Source of the DNA: Candidatus Obscuribacterales bacterium
Lineage (GTDB): Bacteria > Cyanobacteriota > Vampirovibrionia > Obscuribacterales > Obscuribacteraceae
DNA length: 64,000 nucleotides
Reading direction: 5' to 3'
NCBI GenBank assembly: GCA_965228855.1
Contig: CBDDIJ010000002.1
Coordinates: 2,176,001 to 2,240,000 of the forward strand
The translations under genes were made by a program, and so were the position numbers. Position 1 is the first letter of the stretch, and the number at the start of each line of letters is the position of its first letter. The notes under the pieces are model-generated. The model worked only from the letters and a program-made list of their open reading frames with translations. It was not told where the DNA came from and did not search any database. Positions 20,939 through 30,685 of the stretch are shown one piece after another.

Positions 20939-22369
20939 ATGACTTCGGACGATATCCCGCGCCTTCGGCAGGCGCTCAAGTTACAAGCATATAAATTTGG
21001 TGCCACCAGTCGCGAAGCTGGAAAAGCTTATTACGAGCTGGGTGAAGGTTACTCGCAAATCGACGATTTCGACAATGCAGAAAGCAATCTAACCAAAGCC
21101 GTAGAAATTTTTGAGCGCCTCGGTTTAAGAAAAGAACTTGAGTCTGCGGTCCAACTTCTCGATGACATCAAGTTTTATCGGACTGGAGACGTGCCGGAGG
21201 GCAACATCGAAGCCCTCACCTTGAGTCATTTCAACATTCCTGTTTACACCAAAGAAAATGTCGAACGGGAGGAAACCAAGTCCGGTTCTTATGTTAATGA
21301 CGTAAAGTCGTTTCTCACCGAAGACGCAGTAGATGCTCCTGCTGCAAAAAATTCCGTTGCGGATCTCGATGCTGTAGGCGGTGGTGCAGGTGAAACCGCA
21401 GCAGAGCCCCCGCATCCGGTTGTTCAAATGTCGGCGGAAGAACGGAAGAAACAGCAGGAAGCAAAAGCGCTTGATGAAGCGATTGCCACCACATCGATAG
21501 AAGTGGCTCAACTTAAGCAAAAGGGCTCACGCAATACAAATCAATTAGCAGATCTGCTCGTTGATTTAGCTGCGTTGTATTCCAAGAAAAACCAAATGCG
21601 TCAGATGGAAAGCGCTCTGGTCGAGGCGCTCAACATACGCGAAGTTGTTTATGGCAAAAACCATTTGAGTGTTTCAAACGATTTGAAAAATCTTGGCCGC
21701 GTATACTTCGCGATGGAAAGCTTTGATGCGGCCGAGAAGTCGTGGAAGCGAGCGCTTGAGATTCGGCAGGCGCAGCTCGGTCCATTCCATCCGCAAGTGG
21801 CTGATGTCGCGGATTTATACTCCAAACTGTTGCGTAAACTCGGCAAAGATGAAGACGCCGACGACCTCGATAAGCAAGTCGAGGAAAGCCGCACGCGCCA
21901 CCAATCCGATTGGGATGCATATCGAAAGACCGCTCTGAAAGCGATGGAAATGGACAACTATTTCTACGCTCAAGCCTTATGGTTAGCCGCAATGGACGAA
22001 GCTAGCGTTTTTGAGGATGAAGATCCTCGCGTGTTGACTACGTTGGAAAACCTTGCGCACGTTTATTGGAAGCGTGGACGCTATGCTAAAGCCGAGCCGC
22101 TTTGCATGCGCATCTTCAAGATATCAGAGAAGCTTCTCGGCAAAGAACATCTGGATTGCGCGCGCGCCGCAAATAATCTCGCGCTCGTTTGCGAACGTCA
22201 GGGTAAATACACAGAAGCTGCGGTTTTGTACCAGGAAGTACTCCGCGTGATGGAGGCGACTCTCGGGCAAGATCACGCCGACGTGATTTCTACAAAAGAG
22301 TCTCACGCTAACGCGATCCGCGAGTCTCATAAACAGCTCGAACAGAAGCTGCAAAAATCCAACTTCTAA
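20939..22369 (+). CDS. tetratricopeptide-repeat protein (kinesin-light-chain type)
   Basis: Repeated LGxxH...NNLA / ALEIR motifs. Confidence 0.9.
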   Translation: MTSDDIPRLRQALKLQAYKFGATSREAGKAYYELGEGYSQIDDFDNAESNLTKAVEIFERLGLRKELESAVQLLDDIKFYRTGDVPEGNIEALTLSHFNIPVYTKENVEREETKSGSYVNDVKSFLTEDAVDAPAAKNSVADLDAVGGGAGETAAEPPHPVVQMSAEERKKQQEAKALDEAIATTSIEVAQLKQKGSRNTNQLADLLVDLAALYSKKNQMRQMESALVEALNIREVVYGKNHLSVSNDLKNLGRVYFAMESFDAAEKSWKRALEIRQAQLGPFHPQVADVADLYSKLLRKLGKDEDADDLDKQVEESRTRHQSDWDAYRKTALKAMEMDNYFYAQALWLAAMDEASVFEDEDPRVLTTLENLAHVYWKRGRYAKAEPLCMRIFKISEKLLGKEHLDCARAANNLALVCERQGKYTEAAVLYQEVLRVMEATLGQDHADVISTKESHANAIRESHKQLEQKLQKSNF

Positions 22370-22473
22370 GTCCGGGAATCAGGCTACTAAACTACAAATC
22401 CGGCAACTAAAACCGGACTTTTGCTAGCCGTCTGTCGTATTATGTAAACCTCTTATTGGGGACTGCAAAGACA

Positions 22474-23355
22474 ATGGCGGATGAACAAGGCTGGTCTCAG
22501 CTCGAACTAACTGTACCTAGCCGGCACGAAGACATGGCCTCTTGGGTGTTGGTTCAAGGTGGTGCGCTCGGATGCGAAGTGTTGCCGCATAGCGAAGAGC
22601 AGGTGGTAATCCGTGCCTCGTTTGATAAGCACGTTCTCGACCAGGAAAAACTGCAAAACCTCGCCGCGTTGCTTGAAGAATATGGACTGAGCGACACCCT
22701 TCGCTCGCTCAAAGTTTCAGACATTCCAAAGGAAGACTGGCTTGCGAAGTGGAAAGAAGGATTCGAACCGTTTCGTGTGGGCACCAAATTTGTTGTTTGT
22801 CCCTTGTGGAGAAAAGACGATCTCAGTCCGGAAATTTCTGAAGGACGGAACGTCATTTTCATTGAGCCGGGCATGGCTTTCGGTACGGGTCTTCATACGA
22901 CGACGCAGTTCTGCTTGCGAGCGCTCGAAGCTTATAAACCGGAAGGGAATGTTCTGGACGTCGGCACAGGAAGCGGTATACTCGCAATCGCGTGCAAGAT
23001 GGTGAACCCTGATGCAAACGTCATAGGCGTCGACACGGACCCGCTATCCATCGAAGCTGCGGAAACCGATCTCAAAGTCAACAACCTCGAAGGCAAAGTC
23101 GATTTACGTTTAGGTTCAACCGAAACAGTAGCAGACATGCAGTTCGACATGATTTTGTCGAACCTCACCTGCGAAGACATTATCGCGCTTCTGCCGGACT
23201 ATGTGCGAATGCTAAAACCAGGCGCGAAGGTCATAGGCGCCGGAATTTTGAAAGAGAAGCTCGAGATGCTGAAGGGGGCGATCAGTCGCTATCCGGTGAA
23301 CATCGAGCACGCAGAGACCCTGGGGAACTGGGTCGGCATTGTCTTGCAACGCTAG
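22474..23355 (+). CDS. prmA: ribosomal protein L11 methyltransferase
   Basis: PGMAFGTGLHTTT, VLDVGTGSGILAI. Confidence 0.95.
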   Translation: MADEQGWSQLELTVPSRHEDMASWVLVQGGALGCEVLPHSEEQVVIRASFDKHVLDQEKLQNLAALLEEYGLSDTLRSLKVSDIPKEDWLAKWKEGFEPFRVGTKFVVCPLWRKDDLSPEISEGRNVIFIEPGMAFGTGLHTTTQFCLRALEAYKPEGNVLDVGTGSGILAIACKMVNPDANVIGVDTDPLSIEAAETDLKVNNLEGKVDLRLGSTETVADMQFDMILSNLTCEDIIALLPDYVRMLKPGAKVIGAGILKEKLEMLKGAISRYPVNIEHAETLGNWVGIVLQR

Positions 23356-23556
23356 GTAGCGGCTGGCGCGAGCGGTTTGATATCAGAGGATTGATGGCGC
23401 AGGCGGCGCATCCTCAGGTTCGATTTCATCTCATCTTAAGGTTTGGTGGGAACTTATAGCGCTCTGATATAATCTGTATTAGTATGGATTGAGGCGGCGA
23501 AACGGCTGTCATTGCACACTGACAATTGAAGAGATGCGCAGTAAAACCCATTACAT

Positions 23557-23945
23557 GGGGGCGTTTAGTTTCGACAGGGTTGTTGATTCGTAAGCTGCAA
23601 GTCGAGAGTGCTGTTCTCTCGTAAAACAACAAGCAAACAAAAATAAATGCAAATGACAACGTCATTGCCGGCAATTTCGGTGGTCGCGCTCTGCGCGCCG
23701 CTGCCTAACTCTCTAAGTTAGTTTGCCACTCTGCGGAGACTTGATTACCCGTTTCCGTTAGGGTCAACCACGGTGATTGCTCTTGAGCGAAATTAGCGAT
23801 TGCTAGCTCAAGCTAAGACATAATCGCGAACCCGGTTGGCTGTTCGAGCCTCTTTCAGCGGTTCTGAGAGAATTTCGAACTAAACTTGTAGTGGCTTGCC
23901 TCTCGGCGATTTTGGACGCGAGTGCGATTCTCGCCGCCTCCACCA
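23557..23945 (+). ncRNA. ssrA: tmRNA; tag ANDNVIAGNFGGRALRAAA at 23649-23708
   Basis: GGGGGCG/CGCCTCC-ACCA acceptor with G3.U70; TTCGAC 5' motif; ATAAAT-GCA resume site; T-arm GCGAG-TGCGATT-CTCGC. Confidence 0.97.
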
Positions 23946-24024
23946 TTTTTCCTATTTAGAACAGGCTTCAAAGCGTCACAGGCTCACGCTTTCGTGTATT
24001 CGCGTTTTTGCGTTTGCATGCAAG

Positions 24025-24044
24025 TGTGGCCCCTTTTGTGGCCC
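24025..24044. repeat. tandem TGTGGCCC pair (putative integrase arm sites)
   Basis: TGTGGCCC-N4-TGTGGCCC; same arrangement at 30399-30418 and 30633-30652. Confidence 0.7.
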
Positions 24045-24161
24045 GTCAATTTATTTTTGGGAACTGAAATCACCCGGTTTTAGTAAGGAATTTTGGGGTG
24101 GTTTCGACCTTTGGAGCGTTCTATACTGGGTGCCTATCGTTATGCACTCGGAACATGCGCG

Positions 24162-25298
24162 ATGCCGGAGCTTCCTTTTCCAATCAAATCGTCGTCATTG
24201 ACGTATGAACCTTACCAGCTCTCGGGCGAATCGTTTTTCTTTTGGCTATGGCGAGTTGAAATTGACGGAAAGTTGTTCTCGAAAACGATGTCACCGATTC
24301 AAGCGTCAGACGCCCGAGTTGAACGATATGGTTGCACTCATTGTGGTGTTGCAGGCGATGGCACTGGGTTTTATGCAGTTCGTCGCCTAAGAGACCGAGT
24401 GCTCTGGATTTATGAAGAGCTTTTGGACTCCGGAACGGTTCGAGAGTTCGAAAACTTGCCAGAATCGTATGTGTTTGATGGCGATGAGTACGACAAAGCG
24501 CTCGGCGGTGGAAACGTCGCTGAATTGCCGGAGCTAACGTCAGCTGAGATGAGGGCATTGATAATTCGCTATCTTCCTCCTGCGTCGCTGGCGTTGTACT
24601 TGGACCCGGAAACTTCTGATGATCCGCGTGGGAGCGAATTGTTGATGCGCGTCCACAAGGTACTTTCTGGTGATGTGGAATTAACAGAAGCGCGAGAGTA
24701 TCCACAGAGGTTTATCGGGATAATCGTCGGTTTGGATTTAGCGGGAGAGCCAGAGTGCAGCTGGTTTATTGGAACAAGTGCTGAAGGCTTGTGTGTGATG
24801 TTTGCAGCATTTCCTAAACTGCCATGCTGGATTTGTTGTGAACAGATTGCCGCGGTGTTGGATGTGCCGGCATTTAAAGAGAGGCTCAGGTTGGTCAATA
24901 AGCCGGCGATTTCGGATATAGAGATTTGGGAATTCTTGCGCGCGATTGAATCTGGGAGCGTGGTATTGACGCCCGACGGACACCGAGAACCCCAGTTAAT
25001 ATACGCCGGTGATGTTCCCTATCGGGCAAGTAACGGCTGGAGCATTGTTATCTTCAATGATGCAAACGAATGGGATTATATTGATGAGATCGTGACTTCA
25101 GATGGTCGTCGGATTTCGTACGACGAAATCGCTGACTCGTTCCCTGATATCGATAACTACGAACCAACCAATGAAATCAGTTGGTTGAGATATCGCATTC
25201 CAGGTTATATAAGCTTTCGTTGTTCCGTTTGCGACCTTCAACTTAAAGGCAGTGGAGCACTGGAAAAACACAGGCTTGAGTGTCGCGCTCAAGCGTAG
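24162..25298 (+). CDS. island cargo hypothetical protein, apparently multi-domain, C-terminal Cys/His motif
   Basis: Long ORF (TTG 24093 possible); CTHC near N-terminus, CSVC...H...C at C-terminus. Confidence 0.7.
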   Translation: MPELPFPIKSSSLTYEPYQLSGESFFFWLWRVEIDGKLFSKTMSPIQASDARVERYGCTHCGVAGDGTGFYAVRRLRDRVLWIYEELLDSGTVREFENLPESYVFDGDEYDKALGGGNVAELPELTSAEMRALIIRYLPPASLALYLDPETSDDPRGSELLMRVHKVLSGDVELTEAREYPQRFIGIIVGLDLAGEPECSWFIGTSAEGLCVMFAAFPKLPCWICCEQIAAVLDVPAFKERLRLVNKPAISDIEIWEFLRAIESGSVVLTPDGHREPQLIYAGDVPYRASNGWSIVIFNDANEWDYIDEIVTSDGRRISYDEIADSFPDIDNYEPTNEISWLRYRIPGYISFRCSVCDLQLKGSGALEKHRLECRAQA

Positions 25299-26404
25299 TC
25301 TTGTCCACTCTTAAATGCGCTAGAGCAGAGCAGCGTTTCGAGACGGGATTCATTTTCTTTCGACGTGTCTTTGATGAATCGGGCATAGTGTTTGAACGTC
25401 GTTTGCAATGTCGAGTGGCCCAAGGTATTTGCTAACCAACCGGGTGTCACGCCACTTTCAAGACATAGCGACGCAAACGTATGTCGCAACTGATAAGAGG
25501 GACGATGACGCAATCCGGCTTTCTTAAGCGCTGTTCGCCAAACATGATCAAGGTGTTTGTCTATCGGCTGGCCGCTCTTAGTTGTGAACACGTAACCATC
25601 GAGGTTTGCAGTGCCACTTTGTTTTGTTCGCTCTAGTGCATCGCGAACAACAGATAGCATTGGAACCATTCTCGAACTCGATGCTGTCTTCGGAAGATCT
25701 CAGCGCCTCGCACTCGACCCTTGTTTATTCGAATTTCGCCACGCCTGAAATCGACGTCTTTCCAGCGCAATGCGAATAACTCGTTTGGCCTTGCTCCTGT
25801 CCATGCGAGACAGGTAAAGAGCGGCCGATAGTGCGGGACGATTTTCGATAATGCCAGGTCTAATTCTTCTTTGCTAAGCGGATCGATTTCCGGCTGCTTT
25901 TCCGTGAGTTGACGAATTCCTACTGTTGGATTTTCTGTGATCAGTTTTCGACGTAGGCACACTTTCATGATGTAACGCAGCAATCCCATGATGTTGTTCG
26001 TTCTCACTGCGGAGACATTCTTCGATACATCTGCTTGAAAGCGGGCTACATCTTCTTCCGTGATATCGCATACTTCCATCTTGCCGAACGCAGGCAGCAA
26101 GTAATTCTTCAGCACTTCGCGATAGCCTCGTAATGTGCTGTACTTCAAACTTGCTCTTTCCGCAAGGTAATCTTCTGCTACTTCTGAAAATGTCTTGCGT
26201 GTCTTCGGCTTGGTGAATTCGGCCAGTCCGGACCAATCATTGGTGGCATTCGCAACTGCGCGGATGCTTCAAGATTTCTGCTAGCGCAAGCTCCGCAGCC
26301 TTGCGGTCGCGGCCGAAAGATTTCACTCGGCGCCGGCCATTGACCTTTACCGAGATGTACCAATTGTTACCACGTTTCCAAATACCATCTTTGACGCCTG
26401 CCAT
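25289..26404 (-). pseudogene. tyrosine integrase with two single-base frameshifts (~26265 and ~25700)
   Basis: ATG 26404 MAGVKDGIWKRGNNWYIS arm-binding-like domain; TFSEVAEDYL; TGARPNEL; PKT; YQLRHTFA; LGHS; HYA spread over three reading segments. Confidence 0.92.
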
Positions 26405-26982
26405 GGATTCTTCCTCCGGCGCGCGATTTGACGAGGCACTATATACGGTGCTTTAATGATCGCACATTTGACGAGTATTTACTAGTTAGAAAATCAGCAT
26501 CAGGACTTGATGCTAGCTAATGCAAGGTGTGTCAGTCGGTTAGCGGTAGACGAAATTTCGAGCAATGTCATCGGGATCAAGTTTGTTGATCGTGTTTGCT
26601 TGAATGAAGTCGTTCATTGCATCTGTTGAGATGAGAACACGACGGTTGATTTTGACGAATGATATTTGACGGGAGTTGATGAGGCGCCACATTAATCATC
26701 GAACAGTTGGCAAAGTCTTCCTTTGCACGTTCCAATGCATGCCATACATGAGCCATGCGCCAGCCCTTCGAAGAACTAAGGATTTTCCCTAGAGACAAAA
26801 ACTCAACATCCAGATGACAATTAAAATATCAACTGCGCAGCCCAAGCGCGATATGTTGATAATCATTCCTCTTCTTTTCTGATCGCCGAAATTTCTTCCG
26901 GCGATTTTTTTGTTCACAAATGTCGCACCAAACTGCGGCCAATAATCTCGCTTCGATGATTCATCGCGGCAAGGAGATCACC

Positions 26983-27060
26983 ATGTCTGAATCACTTCCA
27001 AAGCTTCATTCAGTAGCCGAAGCAGCCGACCATCTCGGCGTGGTTCCAGAATTGAGCTGC
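26983..27060 (+). pseudogene. truncated excisionase/HTH_17-like remnant
   Basis: AAGGAG RBS; MSESLPKLHSVAEAADHLGV, then similarity is lost; divergent from integrase. Confidence 0.6.
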
Positions 27061-27166
27061 GATTGCGAGGCGTATGTATGCCTTTCGAGCTTTTTGAGCA
27101 TTGCTCTTTATCTTGCCTTACCGAATGGTGTGCCACCATCGGCTCGGCGCTCGTAATTACTCGCGA

Positions 27167-27946
27167 TCAATTCTGTTTCGCTGATTCAATCTCGTTACGA
27201 AGCTTCAATGAACGAGCGGAAAAGTCCTTCGCTTCCTTCGAACGGCCTGCTTTGTCGAGTGTCTTCGAAAAGCTTTCGTACAAGCTAATGGTTGTTGATG
27301 CAGCTACGGGACTCTTGTCGGATATTTCTACTGCACGGGAAAATGTTTTGATAGATTCATCGAACTTCTTGTCGCTGTCGTACACTTGGGCCAATTCAAA
27401 AAGAGGAGAAACGAGAAACGGGCTTTGCCTTCCTTCTTGGCGCTCGACGTTTGCTATTCCCACCAGATACTCCTTTTCCGCTTCAGAGAGTTTGTTCTGT
27501 TTGGACAAGGCGTCTGCCAGGTCGAATTCGGATCTGTTGTAGATGGAGTGCTCGACCAATCCGTCAGCTTCCGCTTTGACAAGGCGGCGATATATACCTT
27601 CGGCGGAACTCCAGTCCGAATTTGATTCAGCAACTCGAGCTTCATTCTTCAGTTGCTGCCATTCACCGAGGCGGGGGTGCATCAGTGTGTAAGGAAGGCG
27701 TCCAAGTATCAGCATAGGAAGCTGCACAATTGCCAACAGCATGAACAACCACGAAGCGTATCGGATAGGCCTAGTCGTTGCTTTCCAAATGGAGACTGCT
27801 AGCGATGTTGCAATTACAAGCAAAGCGCTCGCCGTTGGCACAACCCATAGGTAGGCGCCATAATCGACAAATGTTACGTTGTTGAGCAAGGAGCCTAGCA
27901 ACGAAAACACAATTACGAGAGTGAGAATAATGATCTCGCGCTTCAT
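27167..27946 (-). CDS. membrane protein (3 TM) with C-terminal TPRs
   Basis: Hydrophobic N-terminal third; TPR-like helices; ATGA overlap with upstream gene. Confidence 0.8.
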   Translation of the reverse strand: MKREIIILTLVIVFSLLGSLLNNVTFVDYGAYLWVVPTASALLVIATSLAVSIWKATTRPIRYASWLFMLLAIVQLPMLILGRLPYTLMHPRLGEWQQLKNEARVAESNSDWSSAEGIYRRLVKAEADGLVEHSIYNRSEFDLADALSKQNKLSEAEKEYLVGIANVERQEGRQSPFLVSPLFELAQVYDSDKKFDESIKTFSRAVEISDKSPVAASTTISLYESFSKTLDKAGRSKEAKDFSARSLKLRNEIESAKQN

Positions 27947-28695
27947 GATCGCCGCTCGTTTGCTGCTGAAAGCCATTGCGCTTTGCTCATGAGTTGTCCG
28001 TTCATCACCCAATATGTTTTGCCCGCCTCTGGCGCTTCGCCGAAGGTGTGGAGCATGTCAGCGAACGCTACGGCATCGGCATTTAATACGATCAATTTCA
28101 ATTTAGAGTTAGCCACATTTTTTAACTCCTTTACGAGCGTCCGGAGCGCTACGACAGCTTGTGCTCTGTTCACGTGGTAAAGAATTACGGCGGCGAAATG
28201 AAGATTGCTTATCTCGATGCAATCCAGGTCGTTTATTGTCAATTGATCTACTGGGAAGTCGCCGCAGTTTTTTATCACGGATAGCTTGAACTCGCTGTCC
28301 TGAAGGAATTCTGGTACTTGCAAGTCATCCAAAGTCGAAAATTCTCGAACTCGATTCCAGAGCAATTTTCTTAGAGGTCCGTTGTAATAGCCGCGGTCAC
28401 TGTGTATTAGAACTCCGGCCCTAACCCAGAACGCTTCACCCCAGCCGCCAGAGCTGGGGAAAGGTCCATACACTTTTTGGAAATCTTGATATTGAATGTT
28501 GTCCGTGTCGAGAATGATGATCTTCCAGGTGTCGTCCAGCATTCTGCCCGCCGTCATGAGATTATTCAAAGATGCCTTAGAATAGCCGCTCCAATTGGCG
28601 CGTATGAACACCACGGCGTTTTGCAGTGTGTGCGGATCAGGAAATCCTTCACTGATTTCAATGACGCGTGATTGGTCAAGCTCTGGAGTGGACAT
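27943..28695 (-). CDS. tandem thioredoxin-fold-like protein lacking CxxC
   Basis: AVVFIRANWSGYS in place of WCGPC; internal duplication. Confidence 0.65.
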   Translation of the reverse strand: MSTPELDQSRVIEISEGFPDPHTLQNAVVFIRANWSGYSKASLNNLMTAGRMLDDTWKIIILDTDNIQYQDFQKVYGPFPSSGGWGEAFWVRAGVLIHSDRGYYNGPLRKLLWNRVREFSTLDDLQVPEFLQDSEFKLSVIKNCGDFPVDQLTINDLDCIEISNLHFAAVILYHVNRAQAVVALRTLVKELKNVANSKLKLIVLNADAVAFADMLHTFGEAPEAGKTYWVMNGQLMSKAQWLSAANERRS

Positions 28696-28760
28696 TGTTC
28701 TTTTCCCTTGGCAATGTCTTGTCTATTCTTGCATTACCTAATTGATTCTGGTCAAGTCTG

Positions 28761-28807
28761 TTGCATTTATTGCATCTATTGCATTTATTGCGCTTGTTCC
28801 GTATAAT
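28761..28807 (+). promoter_or_regulatory. sigma70-type promoter overlapped by four 9-bp direct repeats
   Basis: TTGCAT(28779)-17-TATAAT(28802); TTGCATTTA/TTGCATCTA/TTGCATTTA/TTGCGCTTG. Confidence 0.75.
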
Positions 28808-28827
28808 AGGCGTGGGAGGAACCACAC

Positions 28828-29274
28828 ATGGCAACCGTTCTGGATCGACCGTTTATTCCAAGCAAGGCTGAGGCAGCTCAGGCTAAAGAAACATTCGAGC
28901 AGCTGCAAGCTGATAAATCCAATAAACACTTCATTCTAGGCGCTCAGAGTGGGCAGCGGGCTGCAATTCCGGAGAGCGTTTTCAAACTCGTTGTTGCGCT
29001 TCTGGGTGAAATTTCCCAGGGCAATGCTGTTGTAGTCATGCCAATGCGGGCGGAGTTGACGACTGTTGAGGCTGCAGATTTTTTGAACGTCTCGCGCCCG
29101 CACCTAATCAAGCTTCTGGAGCAGGGAGACCTGGACTACCGCATGGTCGGCAGGCATCGCCGCATTCTCTTTGAAGATCTTCTGAAATACAAGGAGCAGA
29201 CGAAGCGGCGGCGTCTTAAGGCTATCGCTGAAATTACGGCAGAGGATGACGCTCTGTTCGGGCTTCAGGACTGA
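28828..29274 (+). CDS. excisionase-family HTH protein, putative antitoxin
   Basis: ELTTVEAADFLNVSRPHLIKLL...VGRHRRI; GGAGG RBS; precedes PIN gene. Confidence 0.9.
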   Translation: MATVLDRPFIPSKAEAAQAKETFEQLQADKSNKHFILGAQSGQRAAIPESVFKLVVALLGEISQGNAVVVMPMRAELTTVEAADFLNVSRPHLIKLLEQGDLDYRMVGRHRRILFEDLLKYKEQTKRRRLKAIAEITAEDDALFGLQD

Positions 29275-29286
29275 TGAGTCAGACCT

Positions 29287-29895
29287 GTGTGGATTGCGTT
29301 CCTTGATTCATCCGTATTGTTTCCTGTCTTCATCAGCAACTTGCTGTTGTTCTTGAGCGAAGCAGAACTTTTTGATGTGCGCTGGAGCCGAGATGTTCAC
29401 AGAGAGTGGATGGAAAGGTTCGTCGAGCGATATCCTGACGCTGATCCATTGGCATTGAAGCGAAAGCAACAACGCATGGACAGCTTGTTTCCTGATGCTC
29501 TCGTTGAGGGATATGAGCCGTTAATCTCAACCTACAATCTTGACGATCCAAATGATAATCACGCTGCAGCAGCAGCTGACTGGGCGGGCGCAAATGTCAT
29601 TGTTACTGATAACATTAAAGACTTCCCGGACCATAAACTGCGCAAAGGAATGTTCGCGCAAACGGCTGATGACTTTATAGCCGACCAGATCCATCTCGCA
29701 AGCAAGAGCGCGCGCCTCGTCGCGATTGCATTGATAAGACACAAGAAGAGTTTGACGAAGTCGCGTCCAAATTGGCGACAATATTTCGATCAGCTGCGCG
29801 CACGGCTGCCGCAGACGTTTGATCTGGTAAATGATTCATCCTTCAGGACGCTGATCGCTGAAGCGTTGGCAGGCTGTGAATGGAAATTCGAATGA
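29287..29895 (+). CDS. PIN-domain protein (VapC-like toxin)
   Basis: FLDSSVL, DPNDNH, IVTDNIKDF. Confidence 0.9.
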   Translation: MWIAFLDSSVLFPVFISNLLLFLSEAELFDVRWSRDVHREWMERFVERYPDADPLALKRKQQRMDSLFPDALVEGYEPLISTYNLDDPNDNHAAAAADWAGANVIVTDNIKDFPDHKLRKGMFAQTADDFIADQIHLASKSARLVAIALIRHKKSLTKSRPNWRQYFDQLRARLPQTFDLVNDSSFRTLIAEALAGCEWKFE

Positions 29896-29936
29896 GCTAG
29901 GCAGTCGGTGACTTGAAAGTGCTTACCAGTGCCATT

Positions 29937-30134
29937 TTACTTATCGGGAAAGAGCTTTCTGCCAGACAGCCTGTCCTGCTCGAGCAGTGCCTTCAATGTT
30001 TCCCAATCGCTGGTGTCATCAGTCTGATCGCTAGTCTCTAGCAGATGGTCGATGAACTTGATGGACTCCGCAGCATCAGGCCACCTTGCTTTCGAAGGCG
30101 TTTGCTCTGCAGAATCTTTGCGGGATGTGGTCAT
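29937..30134 (-). CDS. small hypothetical protein, possible orphan antitoxin
   Basis: C-terminus WETLKALLEQDRLSGRKLF resembles short proteins I recall upstream of PIN genes. Confidence 0.5.
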   Translation of the reverse strand: MTTSRKDSAEQTPSKARWPDAAESIKFIDHLLETSDQTDDTSDWETLKALLEQDRLSGRKLFPDK

Positions 30135-30259
30135 GCTGCAGCCGACATGGTGGACTAGGAGTAGGTTGAGTCGATTCTACCATCGATCTCGGGACGCCAA
30201 GGGTTTCATCGGTTTGCCATGTTTCACCGCACGGTGAAACAACCAAATTGAGTGAAATT

Positions 30260-30329
30260 GTCAGCATATTCGCCATAACGGCTATATTTACTGCGCAGTA
30301 AATATCTGATAAATCGTGAATATGCTGGC
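30260..30329. repeat. 70-bp symmetric site (14-bp arm, 10 bp, 22-bp perfect palindrome, 10 bp, 14-bp arm)
   Basis: GTCAGCATATTCGC ... ATATTTACTGCGCAGTAAATAT ... GTGAATATGCTGGC. Confidence 0.85.
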
Positions 30330-30531
30330 CAGACGCCGGATGCAGGTTGCAATAGATGAACCGGCCTCAACAAGCTACCCCAAAATTCCATCAAAAACTG
30401 TGGCCCATTTTGTGGCCCCTCATGTGTCCATTCGTGACCATTAGCGCCGCTTCGCGCAGGCGACGAAAATCCCAAAACCCTCACCATCAAACAAAATCAA
30501 TTGACGAGTCTTAATGAGAATGGCTGCCCAG

Positions 30532-30685
30532 GCGATTCTCGCCGCCTCCACCATTTTTCTTGTTTAGAACAGGCTTCAATGCTTCACTGGTTCACGCTTT
30601 CGAGCATTCGCGTTTTTGCGTCTGCACGTAGGTGTGGCCCCTGTTGTGGCCCGTCGATTTATTTTTGGGAAACGAAATCACCCGG
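30532..30685 (+). repeat. duplicated tmRNA 3' end plus ~130-bp homologous island left end
   Basis: Imperfect direct repeat of 23924-24077; first 28 bp identical. Confidence 0.95.

Larger units (their letters stand above)
23924..30553. mobile_element. tmRNA-integrated genomic island 1 (defective tyrosine-integrase element)
   Basis: 22-bp GCGATTCTCGCCGCCTCCACCA at 23924-23945 repeated at 30532-30553; integrase pseudogene, xis remnant and TA cargo inside. Confidence 0.92.

Noticed and set aside
23400..23430. GGTTCGATT T-loop-like sequence upstream of tmRNA
   Set aside because: No T-stem, acceptor or anticodon arm can be built
28761..28796. 9-bp repeats as mini-CRISPR or iterons
   Set aside because: No spacers, no cas or rep gene; they overlap a promoter
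30532..30553. Second tmRNA or tRNA gene
   Set aside because: Only the last 22 nt are present; it is the displaced att fragment
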